Below, piece after piece: positions 11,501 through 23,800 of a stretch of 64,000 nucleotides of DNA. Within the stretch, counting starts at the first letter, position 1, and every line of letters starts with the position of its first letter. The position numbers and the translations under genes are program-made. The notes below the pieces were generated by a model. The model was not told the DNA's origin. It was given only the letters and a program-made list of their open reading frames with translations, and searched no databases. Source of the stretch: Camelus dromedarius (Eukaryota); assembly GCF_036321535.1 (NCBI RefSeq), contig NC_087436.1, forward strand, positions 68,326,001-68,390,000, written 5' to 3'.

Positions 11501-14240
11501 AAAGATTTATCAATTTTGTTTATCTTTTCAAAACACCAGCTCTTGGTTTCATTGATTTTCTCTACTGTTATCTTGGTCTCTATTTTACTTATTTTCTCTC
11601 TAATCTTTATTATTTTCTTCCTGCTGTTGACTTTGGGCTTTGTTTGTTCTCCTTTTTCTAATTCCTTTGGATGGAAGTTTAGGTTGTTTATTTGAGATTT
11701 TTCTTGTTTCTTGAGGTGGGCTGTTTTACTACAAACCTTCCTCTTAGAACTACTTTTGCTCCATCGCATAGATTTTGGAAAATTGTATTTTCATTTTCAT
11801 TTGTCGAGGTATTTTTTTTTATTTCCTCCTTGATTTATTCATTGATCTGTTGGTTTTTTAAGAGGACATGTTTGGTCTCCATGTGTTGTGCTTTTCCCAT
11901 TTTTCTTCTTGTAATTGGTTTCTAGTTTCACATTGTTGTGATCTGGAAAAAAAATTATTGATGTAATTTATGTCCTCTTAATTTGTTGAGGCTTGTGTTG
12001 TGGCCTAGCATATGCTCTCTCCTGGAGAACATTCCATGTACACTTGAAAATAATGTGTATTCTGCTGTTCTTGGATGTAATGTCCTCTAGCTATCATTTA
12101 AGTTCAACTGTTCTATTGTGACATTTCTGACCACTATTGCCTTATTTATTTTCTGTCTGGATGAACTGTCCATTGATGTAAGTGAGGTGTTAAAGACTCC
12201 TACTGTTATTGCATTATTATCAATTTTCCCCTTCATGTCTGTTAATATTTGCTTTATATATTTAGGTGCTTCTGTATCGGATGCATATATGTTAATGAGT
12301 ATAATATTCACTTCTTGTATTAATCTCTTTATTATTCATTATATAATGCCCTTTTTTATCGTTTGTTATAGCCTTTTTTAAAGTCCATTTTGTCTGCTTT
12401 GAATATTGCTTCCCCTACTTTCTTGTCATTTCCATTTGTATGAAGTATCTTTTTCTATATCGTCACTTTCAATCTGTATATGTCTTTAGCTCTGAAGTGA
12501 GTCTCTTATAAGCAGCATATAGATGGGTCTTGTTTTTTATCTAAACAGCCACCCTATGTCTTTTGATTGGAGCATTTAGTCCATTAACATTTAAAGTAAT
12601 ATTGATAGGTATGTATTTATTGACATTTATTACTTATTTTCCAGGTGTTTTTATAGTTGTTCTCTATTCTTCTTTTTGTTTCTTCCCTTGTTGTTTGATG
12701 ATTTTCTTTAGTGGTATGTTTGTTTTCCTTTCTGTCTAGATTTTGTGTATCTATTGTATATTTTTGATTTATGGTTACCATGGGTTCATATATAACTATA
12801 TCTATGACTATATCTATTGTTTTAAATTGGTAGCCATTTAAGTTCAAACACATTATAAAAGATCTCCATTTTTGATTCCCCTCTGCCACAGCTTGTGTTT
12901 TTGATGTCCTGTTTTATGTCTTCATGTTATCCCTTCATTGTTTTTTTGAAGTGTAGTTGATTTATAATGTTTCAGGTGTGTGGTAAAGTGATTCAGTTTT
13001 ATATTTTATATATATACATATATTCTTTTTAATATCTTTTCCATTATAGGTTATTACAAGATATTGTATATAATACCCTGTGCTATACAGTAAATCCTTG
13101 TTGTTTATCTATTTTATATATAGTAGCGTGTATCTGTTAACCCCAAATTCCTAATTTATCCCTTCCTGCCTTCCCCTTTGGTACCATAAGTTTGTCTTTC
13201 TATTATTTATTTTTTCAGGGGGTTTCTCTTGCTCTTTCAATTGAGGTCAATTCTTCTCATTTTGCTTAATTTTCTCTGTCCCTATTAAATTAGGTGAGAC
13301 AGTTACCTATTAAGTTCTGGAAAAGGGTGTCCTTATTTGGGAATATCCCTCTACGGTCTGCATGTGCTCAGTGGCTTTGGTGGGTGGCCTGGATTTGACA
13401 TGATTGCAAGGGTGTGTCAGCAGTGTCTTTTTGGTAAGATATGAGGCTGGAGAAGAGGGGACTAAGGCCAGAGCCAAGTGTGAGTTGGGGCTACCCCTTT
13501 GCTCAGTGGCCATCACCACCCTATGGTGGGTAGGGTCCGGTCCCAAGTTGCTGGAGCAGAAGCCCAAAGGGTAAAGTCCAACCTGGCTCTGTTCTGTTTA
13601 AGTTTGCCTTTTCCCCATTTCCAGCACCAGCACCTTAGCCTCAGACAGGAGCAGTGCTGGAGCAAGAGGGGACATGCAGGATCTCAGCATGTATTGGTCC
13701 ATGGTCTGCAGCAGACCAGTGTCAGACAGAGTTCAGGGCTGCTTTGATGCACTGCCTGTGCAAACACTAGTCATGGCTGCCTGTACCATGATCAGAAGCT
13801 GCTTCCAGTCTGAATCTCTTGCACACCTCAGATCTCTTCCCTTGGCCCCTACTGTCCCCATCCGCACATGGTACTGCACCACAGGGTGTCAGGGCATGGA
13901 CTATGGTGCTCCAGTCATAGACAGAGATTGGGGCTGCATCTGACATGCTGCCTTTCAGCACCAGTAATGGCTGCTCCATCCTGCTCAGACACTGCTTCCA
14001 GTCTGAGCCTCCTCTGTGTCTCATGGCCAAATTCTTTCCTTTGTCATGGCAACCCTCACTCCAGTGTGGAGCTGTGCCCTGAAGTAAGCAGGGCTGGAGC
14101 ATTTGCTCAGCTCAGCTAGGGTATGCTTTGGCTCTTCCTATGTCAGATCCTAGGACTGGGGTGCCCAATATGTGGCCCAAACTGCTCACTCCCCAGGAAG
14201 GATCTCTGCCCCTGTAATCCCCTTCTCCTCTGAGTCCCCA
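8534..14240 (-). mobile_element. Near-full-length degenerate L1 (3'UTR, ORF2, mostly deleted ORF1, GC-rich 5'UTR)
   Basis: Minus-strand ORFs match L1 ORF2 (IKTTMKYHPTPVR, KINETKSWCFEKINKIDK, NIYASDTEAPKYIKQIL); collinear with the L1 at 43.5-50.2 kb; many stops and frameshifts. Confidence 0.93.
12941..13201 (-). mobile_element. Short younger L1 3'-end fragment nested in the ORF1 region of the host L1
   Basis: T tract followed by gaagtgtagttgatttataatg...ccctgtgctatacagtaaatccttgttg...ttcccctttggtaccataagtttg (antisense L1 3' terminus); no TSD. Confidence 0.88.
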
Positions 14241-15049
14241 CACTAGCTTCTTCTTCCTCTTTGAATATGATCTTTGCATTAATAAAATGAGTTTTGTGTT
14301 TTACAAGCTAAATACCACAATGATTTTGTTTGAAGTTTTATGTAATAGTGAATCCTTCTGAATGATATTCCCTCTGCATATCAAGGAGCACCTCTTGAGA
14401 GATGGGTGGTGGGTAAAAGAGTGATAGATCCCCCTATTAGGTGATGGAAATATGAATGAGAATCACCTGTAGATCAATGAAGTCATCAAATAGGAAAAAG
14501 TGTTATGAAATTAACTTGAATGCAGTTTCTTCAACCCCACTGGCATCCATCCATCCAACTGGATCATAGAATATTTTTTCAGAATCAGTGTTTAGCTTAC
14601 ATCTGATCAATTAGCTAACATAATCAAACTTAAAGAAAAATGGTTTAATTTTTTTTTAGAAAACTATCCAAATCTAACAATTACATTGTTAAATATTTTG
14701 TTTAGTAAGCAATAAAATGTTGAATAGAAAATATGGACATTCATCTTAATCTTATATCAGAAAAAGAAATTAGGCATTTTGAATATATCTTTATCAGACA
14801 TTATCTCAGCAAATATTTTGAAGCATAATGGGAAGTAGAGGAAAATGATGACCTTGTAAGTATTACTACAGAGTTTCTTAAAGTCTAGTTCATGTTATGT
14901 GTGAATAAAATGTTTAACACATATTTTACTTCTTGCACATGCTCAGTAGTTTTTAATCTGTGGATTTTCTATTATAACAGTAAACCCTCCTTCTGTATAT
15001 TTCTAAAATGTTTTCCAATTATTATAGTTCTGTCCCTACTCTATTTTAA

Positions 15050-15228
15050 CTATTTTATTTTTTATTTTATCTTATCTTTATTTTTTGTTCTGGGGTTTTA
15101 TTTTTGGGGGCAGTAATTAAGTTTATTTACCTATTTATTTTTTAAGTGGAGGTACTGGGGGTTGAACCGAGGACCTCATGCATGTTGAGCACACATTCTA
15201 CCCACTGAGCTAAATTAAACCTTCCACC
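15050..15228 (-). mobile_element. Camelid tRNA-derived SINE (vic-1 type) with long T-rich tail
   Basis: ggaggtactgggggttgaaccgaggacctcatgcatg...cccactgagcta; 20-bp TSD ctgtccctactctattttaa (15030-15049) / ctgtccccactctattttaa (15229-15248). Confidence 0.92.
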
Positions 15229-16689
15229 CTGTCCCCACTCTATTTTAAAATTAGAATGGTTACAACTCAAACTCTAAAAACTAAGTATATAGTATTTCTT
15301 AGAGAGAAGAACTGTAATTCTAAAGCTGATAGGAATTGGGGAGATTTAATGATAGTCTGGCCAGCTTAAAATAAAGTTGCTGTCCTGTCCTTTCCTATGG
15401 CTTATGTCCCTGACAGCAAATATAATTAAAGCTATATAAAGAGAAATCACCAGTTGTTCTGAATCAGTGAAACTTGACAACCAAGAAAATAATGCTAAGC
15501 TTTTTTTTTAATCCCGAGTAACTGACTCTACCCACAGTCGCCTTTCTTTCTGTGTCATTCCTAACAACAGATATAAATACAGAACAAACATGAATTAATA
15601 GAAAGTCTGGGGAAAGAGAGAACGATTTAGGGACTTTCTGATGTATTACAGTTCACACACATGCAATCACCCAACAGGCATGGTGTCCTCCACAGCTCTG
15701 AGCTGCTGACACTTGCTTCACTCCTCTAGTCACCCCCCTGGTTTCTCTGCCTCATTCCCTCCCATAAACTGAATGTCAGTTCAGATGCCAGAAAGGGTAG
15801 GGTTAATAGTTCAGCATCTGTTTCCTACTAAAGTCACAGAAATCTTTGGTCAATTGCCTACTCTTCGGCCTTGCTAGTAAAAGGTAGATACAAGGGAGAA
15901 GATTGGTACAATGAGAAGAGGTTGTTCTAAATTTCTGTCATCATTATTAAATATGCCTTCCCCAAAGTGTCCTAGAGGGTCATTTTGAACCAAATCCTCT
16001 CCTGCTGGCAAGTTTCTGATTCACTAGCATTACCTCCTGTGTGCCAGGGATATGCCATCTTTAAGGGAATTAAAAACAGTTATCACCGTGAATTCAGACT
16101 GTGTTGTTACTATTCAACTTATATAATGTGTATGTTTGAAACCACTATGAATATTGTGATTTTCCTGAGACACGTTTCAGCTGGCTGCATGATGCCTTGG
16201 CAGCCTCTTAGAAGCAACATGGAAATCACCAGTGTGGTGCTGCTGCAGGCTCTTAAGCTCAGAAGTGGGCAATTGTCTAGTGCTGACTTTAGAAAGCCTG
16301 GCAGGTCCACTGGGTTTGCTCACCGCTGTGTACCTCTTCTGAGTCTCACGCTAGTGAGCTCAATTATTATTAAAAGTCCAAAATATAATTAATTCGCAAC
16401 ATCATGCCACCTAGTCACCTTTTGGACTAATCATTCTTCATAAAGACACACTACAGAAAGCCTGAATACTCTATGATATTGCAATCAGACTTACGATAAG
16501 AACTAAAATTACACCAGTTATTTTTATTTTAATTTTTTAAAAAATATACAAAGCTAAATACATGTTTCCCTATTAGCAGATGACGGAAACCCAAACCTTT
16601 CCCTCTACATAGCAATTTCAAGAATGGTTTTTCACTAATTTATTATGTTTGTGTCTGTGGTGGATAAAAGGTGTGAAGATTGTTCTTTC

Positions 16690-16820
16690 ACTTCCTTATG
16701 TAGCCTTGCATAAGTCACCTATTGTAGTTTCATTTTTTCGAATCTGTAAAATGGAAATAACAATCCCTGTCCTACTTATCACATTGAAAGTAAACTGTAA
16801 GTCCTAGATAAATGTAAGTT
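16690..16820 (+). mobile_element. MIR fragment
   Basis: gccttgcataagtcacct...atctgtaaaatggaaataacaat (MIR core). Confidence 0.6.
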
Positions 16821-16951
16821 ATTTGCATTGAATTAAAATGTATCTAAATGGATATGTGTTTATATAATGTGCATTTTTTACTGATTCATAGTCCAAATTG
16901 CCAAAGCCAGGTGGTTTTGGAAATAGTCCAGGTAGAAATCACATAGTTCCC

Positions 16952-17366
16952 TGTGATGATTAATTTTATGTTTCAACTTGGCTGGGCCATGGTGTCCAGG
17001 TATTTCATCAAACATCATTATAGATGTTTCTGTGAAGGTGTTTTTTGGATGAGATTAACATTTATATTAGTGAACACTGAGTAAAGAAGATTGCCCATTA
17101 TAGGATGTGTGGACCCCATCTAATCAACTGAAGTCCTAAATGGAACAGATTAACCTCCCTCGAGAAGGACAGAATTCTACCAGCCAATGGCCTTCAGACT
17201 TCAACTGCAACATCAGCTGATCCCTGGGTGTCCATCCTGTTGGCCTATCCTGCAGATTTGGAGTTGCCAGTCTCCATAATCATGTGAGCCAATTCCTTAC
17301 AATAAAACACACACACACACATGCATCTGGTTGGTTCTGTTTCTTTGCACAACCTTATCCAGTATA
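16952..17366 (+). mobile_element. MLT2-family (ERVL) solo LTR
   Basis: tgtgatgattaattttatgtttcaacttggctgggcc...ggatgagattaacattt...ggttctgtttct; characteristic MLT2 ends. Confidence 0.88.
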
Positions 17367-17367
17367 C

Positions 17368-17677
17368 CTCCTCAAATCTATATGGGGTCATATGACTAAC
17401 CTAGCCAATGGAACATAAGAAAAGTGACATGTGTCACTTATGCAACAAGGTATTTAATTACCTGGTGTGCTTTCTCCACTTTCTCTTCCCCTCTTGTGGC
17501 AAATTTGGAAGCCACATTTGTAGGACAGCCATACTTGGTAGACAAGATGGATAAAGCCTGAAGACTGGCCCAATTAGAAATATTGGTATTGTGTTGTGTA
17601 TGCATAAGAAACTATGACTGTGTTAGGCAACTAAGATTTTGCTACAGCAGCTGGAACTTGTTATCTTGGCTAATAGA
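17368..17677 (+). mobile_element. Old MLT1 (MaLR) LTR fragment
   Basis: gccaatggaacataagaaaagtgacatgtgtcactt...tttctcttcccctc...gctacagcagc...ggctaata resembles MLT1H-J. Confidence 0.65.
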
Positions 17678-17689
17678 GGTATATTTTAT

Positions 17690-18262
17690 TGCATACAAGT
17701 TGGACAAAAAAGGGAAAGTTCTGCATTACTTGGAGCACAAAAGAAAAAAGCAGTTCCTGACACCTGGAAATTATTATGAACACTTTTTCACTGAAAACAA
17801 CATCAGACAAAGCATTCTCTGACCATGATATCAAGCAGAAACAAGTCTACTGTATAATCACATCTGAGCGCAGAGAAAAATGTAAACATTGTCCAAATCA
17901 GAGAAATGACCAAACATCTCCCTGTGCTGAGCAAATGTTGCTATAGCTTAAGCCTCACTCTAGTCTTCCCTCCTTCTAGATAAGATTTATTAATATACCT
18001 AATCATAGAATTATCCTCACTTCCCGACAGCATCCAATTCAGAACAAAGCTTCAGAACAAAGATTTAAGATTCCTTATATCTTCCCCCAAATCACCTAAA
18101 CAATACCAAAATTCTATTTTCAAAGCCCTTTCTAGCACTCTTACTGGGAGGCCCCGTGGTTTTCCATGGCCAGGTATTTGGTCTCCCTCAATCATATTAC
18201 AATGAGCGTAAATCCAAGTCATCCAACTACAGGTTTGTTCTGGATGGTCAGAGGGCATCAAT
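17690..18262 (+). mobile_element. ERV1-type solo LTR (MER90-like)
   Basis: aacattgtccaaa...atgaccaaacatc...ccttctagataagatttattaa...cccccaaatcacctaa...caactacagg...gagggcat matches the recalled MER90-like consensus. Confidence 0.7.
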
Positions 18263-18899
18263 ATAGGCGATAATTTTACCCTCAGAAATAGAGAAATTTT
18301 ACAAAATAATTTCTGAGACTATTTATTTGACTCGGTCAGTGGACATGCTGATTTTCAGAGTAAGCAGAGGAAACCAGTTTTGTTCTAAACCATATAGTGA
18401 GATTCTATAAGCAACAACAATATTATATCTGGATTAAATTGTTATCTTAAAAAAAGCTTGTTCTTTCTGAATTTTTAGCTTGGAGCATGTCCCAATATTC
18501 ATTAAAAGTCTGTAACTTTAATATTCAATTTTAATTTACTGAAAAGTCTGTAATGGAATATGTAGAAAATTTAAGATTTGTATTTTGACAAATGACTTTT
18601 AAATTTATTTTCCTTTCAGAAGACTGAGAGAATACTACTCTCCAGGAAACTCTGAATTATCAAACTTAGAATTAGAAGTATGGGGGGAAGTAAAAATATT
18701 TTAAAGCTAATGAATTTGGGCTCTAGTTGAAAATACACTAACATTTACCTCAAAAATATTATTCCTAACTTTTTTGAGTTTTTGTATGCAAATTTATTTT
18801 CCACATCTGGAAAGTATATATATTTTATTTTTCTTCTAAAAAAACCTTTGTTCTTATAAACTATATCCTCAAACTCTAGTATCACTAGAAACTACCTGG

Positions 18900-19585
18900 C
18901 AAACTTTTTAACAATTGGTTTCAGAAAAATTGGAAAGCACTTTAGCCCAAGGTAAAATTGAATCTGAAACTCACATAATGCACCAGGATAAACTTCAAAA
19001 AGACCATATATTAAAGGTTAAAAATATATTAAAGTTTTGTATGAACTAGAAGAAGACATGGACAAATGCCTTTTCAATCTGTAATCAGAAAATGTTCTAT
19101 CTCAATATCCAGTAGCAATTCAAGAAAAAAGAATAAATAATTGATTAATAATTTAAATGTATTCTGCACAGTAGAAACACTATAAACAAAATGAGAAATG
19201 TACATTAAAACTTGGAGAAAACTGATGCCACATGGAGGAAAGACCACCATAACTGATATGAAAAAGAGCTCTTAAAATTCCCAGATAAAAAGACCAAAAC
19301 CCCAATAGATGTATGGGCAAATGATATGAACAGGTAGTTCATAGAAGAATTTAAAATGTCCCTTAAAGATAAGATAAAATGGCCAACCTCACTCAATAAT
19401 AGAAATTCAAAATAAGACTGTAATGAGACTATATCACTCACCTATCAGACTAGCAAAATCTAAAAGTTTGACAATAAAATCTATTAGGGAAAATATTAGG
19501 AATAGGAACTTTCATAAATTTTTGGTGGGAACGCAAATGGAAACAACCGTTAAGGTAACAGTTTGGCAATATATAGAAAAAATGT
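18900..19585 (+). mobile_element. Ancient L1M(E) ORF2 3' fragment that resumes at ~21575-21990
   Basis: Degenerate ORF2 tail (tgggcaaatgatatgaacagg, cacctatcagactagcaaaa, gtttggcaatat), interrupted by the next element. Confidence 0.65.
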
Positions 19586-21575
19586 GGAATTAATAAGTGA
19601 TTACAATAAGGCTGCAGGATAAAAGGTTAATATACAAAAGTCAATCACTTTCTTATATACCAACAATAAACAAGTTGGACTTGAAATTAAAAACACAAGA
19701 TCACTTACATTAGGGCCCCAATGTAAAATACTTTAGTATAACTCTAACAAAATATGTATAAGATGTATATGAGGAAAACTTAGAACTCTGATGAATGAAA
19801 TCAAAGGAGAATTAAATAAAAGGAGACATATTTCATGCTTATGGATAGGAAGACTCAATACTATCAAACAAAAGCCCAGCAAGCTATTTTGTAGATATCA
19901 ACAAACTTATTCTAAAGTTTAAATGGAGAGGCAAAGACTCAAAACAGCCAACACAATATTGAAGGAGAACAAAAGTTGGAGGACTGACAGTACATGACAT
20001 CAAGTTTACTATAAAGCTACAGTAATCAAGACAGCGTTGCACTGGTGAAAGAATAGACAAACAGATCAATAGAACAAATAGAGAACCCAGAAATAGACTG
20101 ACATAAATACAGTCAGGTGATTGTTGACAAAGAAGCAAAGGGTTTCCAATGAAGAAAAGATAATCTTTTCAACAAATAGTGCTAGAACAACTGGACATAC
20201 ACATGCCCCAAAAAACGAATCTAGACACAAACTTTACACCCTTACAAAAAATAACTCAAAAAGGATCACAGAGTTAAATGTAAAATGCAAAACTGTAAAA
20301 CTCCTGAAAGATAACATAAGAGGAAATCTAGATGACCTTGGGTTTGGTAATGACTTTTTAGATACAATATCAAAAGCATGATCCATGAAGGAAATGATTA
20401 ATAAGCTGGACTTTATAAAAATTAAGACCTTCTACTCTGTGAAATAAACTGTCAAGAGATTGAAAAGACAATCCACAGACTAAGAGAAAATATTTGCAAA
20501 AGACACATCTGATAAAAGATTATTATCCAAAATACATAAAGAACATTTAAAACTTAACAATAAGAAAACAAATAATCCAATTTTAAAATGGGCCAAAGAC
20601 CTGAACAGACACCACCAAAGAAGCAAATGAGCATATGAAAAGATGCTTCACATCATATGTTATAAGGGAAATGTAAATAAAACGAGATATCACTACACAC
20701 CTACTAGAATGATCAAAATCCAGAACACTGACAACACCAAAAGCTGGGAAGGATGAGGAGTAGCAGGAACTCTCATTCATTGCTGATGGGAATGCAAGAT
20801 AATACAGTCACTTTGGAAGATAGTTTGGGAGTTTCTTACAAAGTAAACGTATTCATATGATCCAGCAATCTCACACTTTGGTATTTCACTCAGAGGAGTT
20901 GAAAACTTATATCCACACAAAACTGTGCACACAAATGTTTTTAGCACCTTTATTTATAATTGCCAAAACTTGGAAGCAACCAAGATATTCTTCAGTATGT
21001 GAATGAATTAATAAACTGTGATACATCCAGACAGTGGAATATTATTCAACACTAAAAACTGAGATGTTAAGCCATGAAAAGACATGGAGGAAACTTAAAT
21101 CTGTAATACTAAATGAAGGAAGCCAATCTGAAAAGGCTATATACTGTATGATTCCAATCAAATGACTTTCTGGAAAAGGCAAAACTATGGAGACAGCAAA
21201 AAGATCAATGGTTGACAGAGGCTGTTGGGTGGGGGATGAATAGTCAGGGCACAGATTATTAGGGCAGTGAAAACACTGTGTGTGATACTATAATGATGGA
21301 CACATGTCCTTATACATTTGTCCAGACCCATAGAATGTACAATGGGTTAAGAATGAACCTTAACATAATCTATGGCCTTTGGGTGATAATAATGTGTCAG
21401 TGTAGGTTCGTAAATTATAACAAATGTACCACTCTGGTGGAGGATGTTGATAATGGCAGAGGCTATGCATGTGTAGGGGCAGGGAGTATATGGGAAATCT
21501 CTGTACCTTCTGCCCAACATTGGTGTGAGCCTAAAACTAGTTAAAAATTAAAGTCTATTAAAATAGTTATTTAAA
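19586..21575 (+). mobile_element. 5'-truncated L1MC1/2-like element (3' half of ORF2 and 3'UTR)
   Basis: ORF2 motifs (atggataggaagactcaata, tactataaagctacagtaatcaagacag); L1MC1-type 3'UTR gatactataatgatggacacatg...gtaccactctggtggaggatgttgataatgg...aaagtctatt. Confidence 0.88.
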
Positions 21576-21989
21576 AAATGCTTTTGACCTTTGATGCTTT
21601 TACCTCAAGGAATTTATTTCAAAGACAAACTGGGAAGAGTATGAAATGATTTATGAATATTATTTATTATAAAATTATTTTTAAAAGTAATTATGAGAAA
21701 CAACCAAAATACCCATCAACAGGGGACCAGTTTTATAAACTGTGATACAGCCACACAATTGTATACTATGTAACCAAAACAAGAATCAAATTGATTCTTA
21801 CATATGAATATGACAGTATCTCGAAGATATAGTATGTGGAGATAATAAAATAGAGAAAAATATATATATTATGCTTCCTCTTATGTGAATGTGTTTATAT
21901 ACTTTTATTTATTTAAAAAACAAAATTTTAAATTAAAATATGGTTATCAATTGTGATAGAAAGGGAACAGAAAAGAGGGGCTGGGGATG

Positions 21990-23360
21990 GAAGCAAGATT
22001 TTTCTGAATATACCTCATAAAACAGTTTTGATTTTGGAAGATGCAATTGCTATATATGTTGAAAATAAGATTAAAATTAATCACTAAGAGTTGAAAATGG
22101 GCAGAAATAAATGAACCTAACCATATACCACACTGGTGGCATAACCACAAGAGAAACTCATTTCAAGTGACTTCACAATATATTTTGACTTTAAATTCTT
22201 AGATGGATTACATTTTAAAGGAAAAAAAAAGCAGAAAATATATTTAAACTTGATGTAATAATCTTAATGCTGGTAGAACTGTACAGTTAAAAATGGTTAA
22301 GATGATAAATTTTATATTTGTGCATTTTACCACAATAAAAAAATTAGAAAAAAAGGTTAAAAAAAAACTGATGTGAAATACGATTTTCAGCAAAGGAGGA
22401 GAGAGATTCAAGTATAAAATACATTGAATAAATTTCTTGTAATTTTACAATTAAACTGGTAATATATATATTTAAATGTGATGTTTATTTTTCTTTTAAA
22501 AATAAACCTTTTCCAGCTGTTTGTCCTGAAAAGTCTTGGGAGCATGGCATCCCAATCAAACGAGAACTTCAAGTGTCAAACTGCTGTATCTAAATACTAT
22601 TTCCAGTAAAAGAACCAAAGATTTTTGGAAGAATGGCCGAATCCAGATTTGAGACCTGAAATATTCAAGATTAATCTGGAATATATTATTGTTCCAGAAA
22701 GCAAAGAATCCATCAAAGACTAATGGAGTCTTACCAAAAGAATCCAGAATTCAGTCAAAAAGTGTTCTCAATGTCTAAAGATGAGACATTACAAAAAGTA
22801 TTCACTATAATCCACTGAAGCACATTTAACAGATTTTTTTAAAGCATGACTTTATGCATATATGTTTCTATTAACAAAAAGTTCAAATCTAATCTATGGT
22901 ATTTGGAAAGAGGGTTGATAGGAAGACTGACGACACATAACAAACAAATGTAACTTATGGCCTTTGTTTGGATCTTAATTTTAACAAACCAGTAAAAAAA
23001 AAAAAAAAGGCTATTTTTCAGTCTAAGGAAAATTTTTACATAGATGGGCTATGAAATGAATTATTAATTTTGTTAGCTATAATAACATCATGGATTCTAT
23101 AAGAAGACAACCATTTTGGGGGGAATTAATATTGATGTATGTCATGATAAAATGACCTAATTCCTGGTATTTATTTTTAAATGCTTTTGCTTTTAAAAAC
23201 ATGTGTTTAAAATATTTCCAGTGATCACAAAGAGATATAACTAAATCTAGTGGCAAAATATTGCTCATTCTGAATCTTAGAGGCATATATGAGGATTCAT
23301 TATATTTTCTCTAATTTAATATATGTTTGAAATGTTCTTAAGAAAAGAAAAACTTTAAAA
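21990..23360 (+). mobile_element. Mosaic of old L1MC/MD 3'UTR fragments with a short L1MB-like tail (~22270-22368)
   Basis: aatgaacctaac...gcataaccaca; actgtacagttaaaatggttaagatg...ttttaccacaataaaaaa; cctttgtttggatcttaattttaacaaacc. Confidence 0.55.
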
Positions 23361-23649
23361 TTTAAATGAAGATACCATGAGAGATTCACTGATAAGCTTA
23401 GCCAAAGGAACAAAAGAAGGAGAAAATGGGAGAGAGGGAGGGAAGGAAGGAGGGAGAAAGGAGTTGCCTACAGGGAGTTTGAGATTCTAGTGCAATAGGT
23501 CAGAAGTCAGGCAGGAGTTTTAATTACACTCCCAGGTGCTTCTAATGCAGGTGATCCTTGGACATCATATTTTGAGAAACACTAACCTAGATTTGAGCTT
23601 AAAGTGGACTGAATTGTCAGTGGTGGTGCAATAGGAAGAGGGCAGTCTT

Positions 23650-23800
23650 GAGTCAAGAGGCTGCAGCTCAAATCTAACCTCAGTCACTTACTGGCTTTAA
23701 ACGTTGGCCATGGTATTTTACCTTTATCCCTAAAATGGAGATAACAATGCATACCCTGCCAGATTACTGTGAGGAATAAATGAGATAAATGTATAGAGCT
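23650..23800 (+). mobile_element. MIR
   Basis: gagtcaaga...tcaaatct...cacttactggct...aaaatggagataacaat...gattactgtgaggaataaatgagata. Confidence 0.7.
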
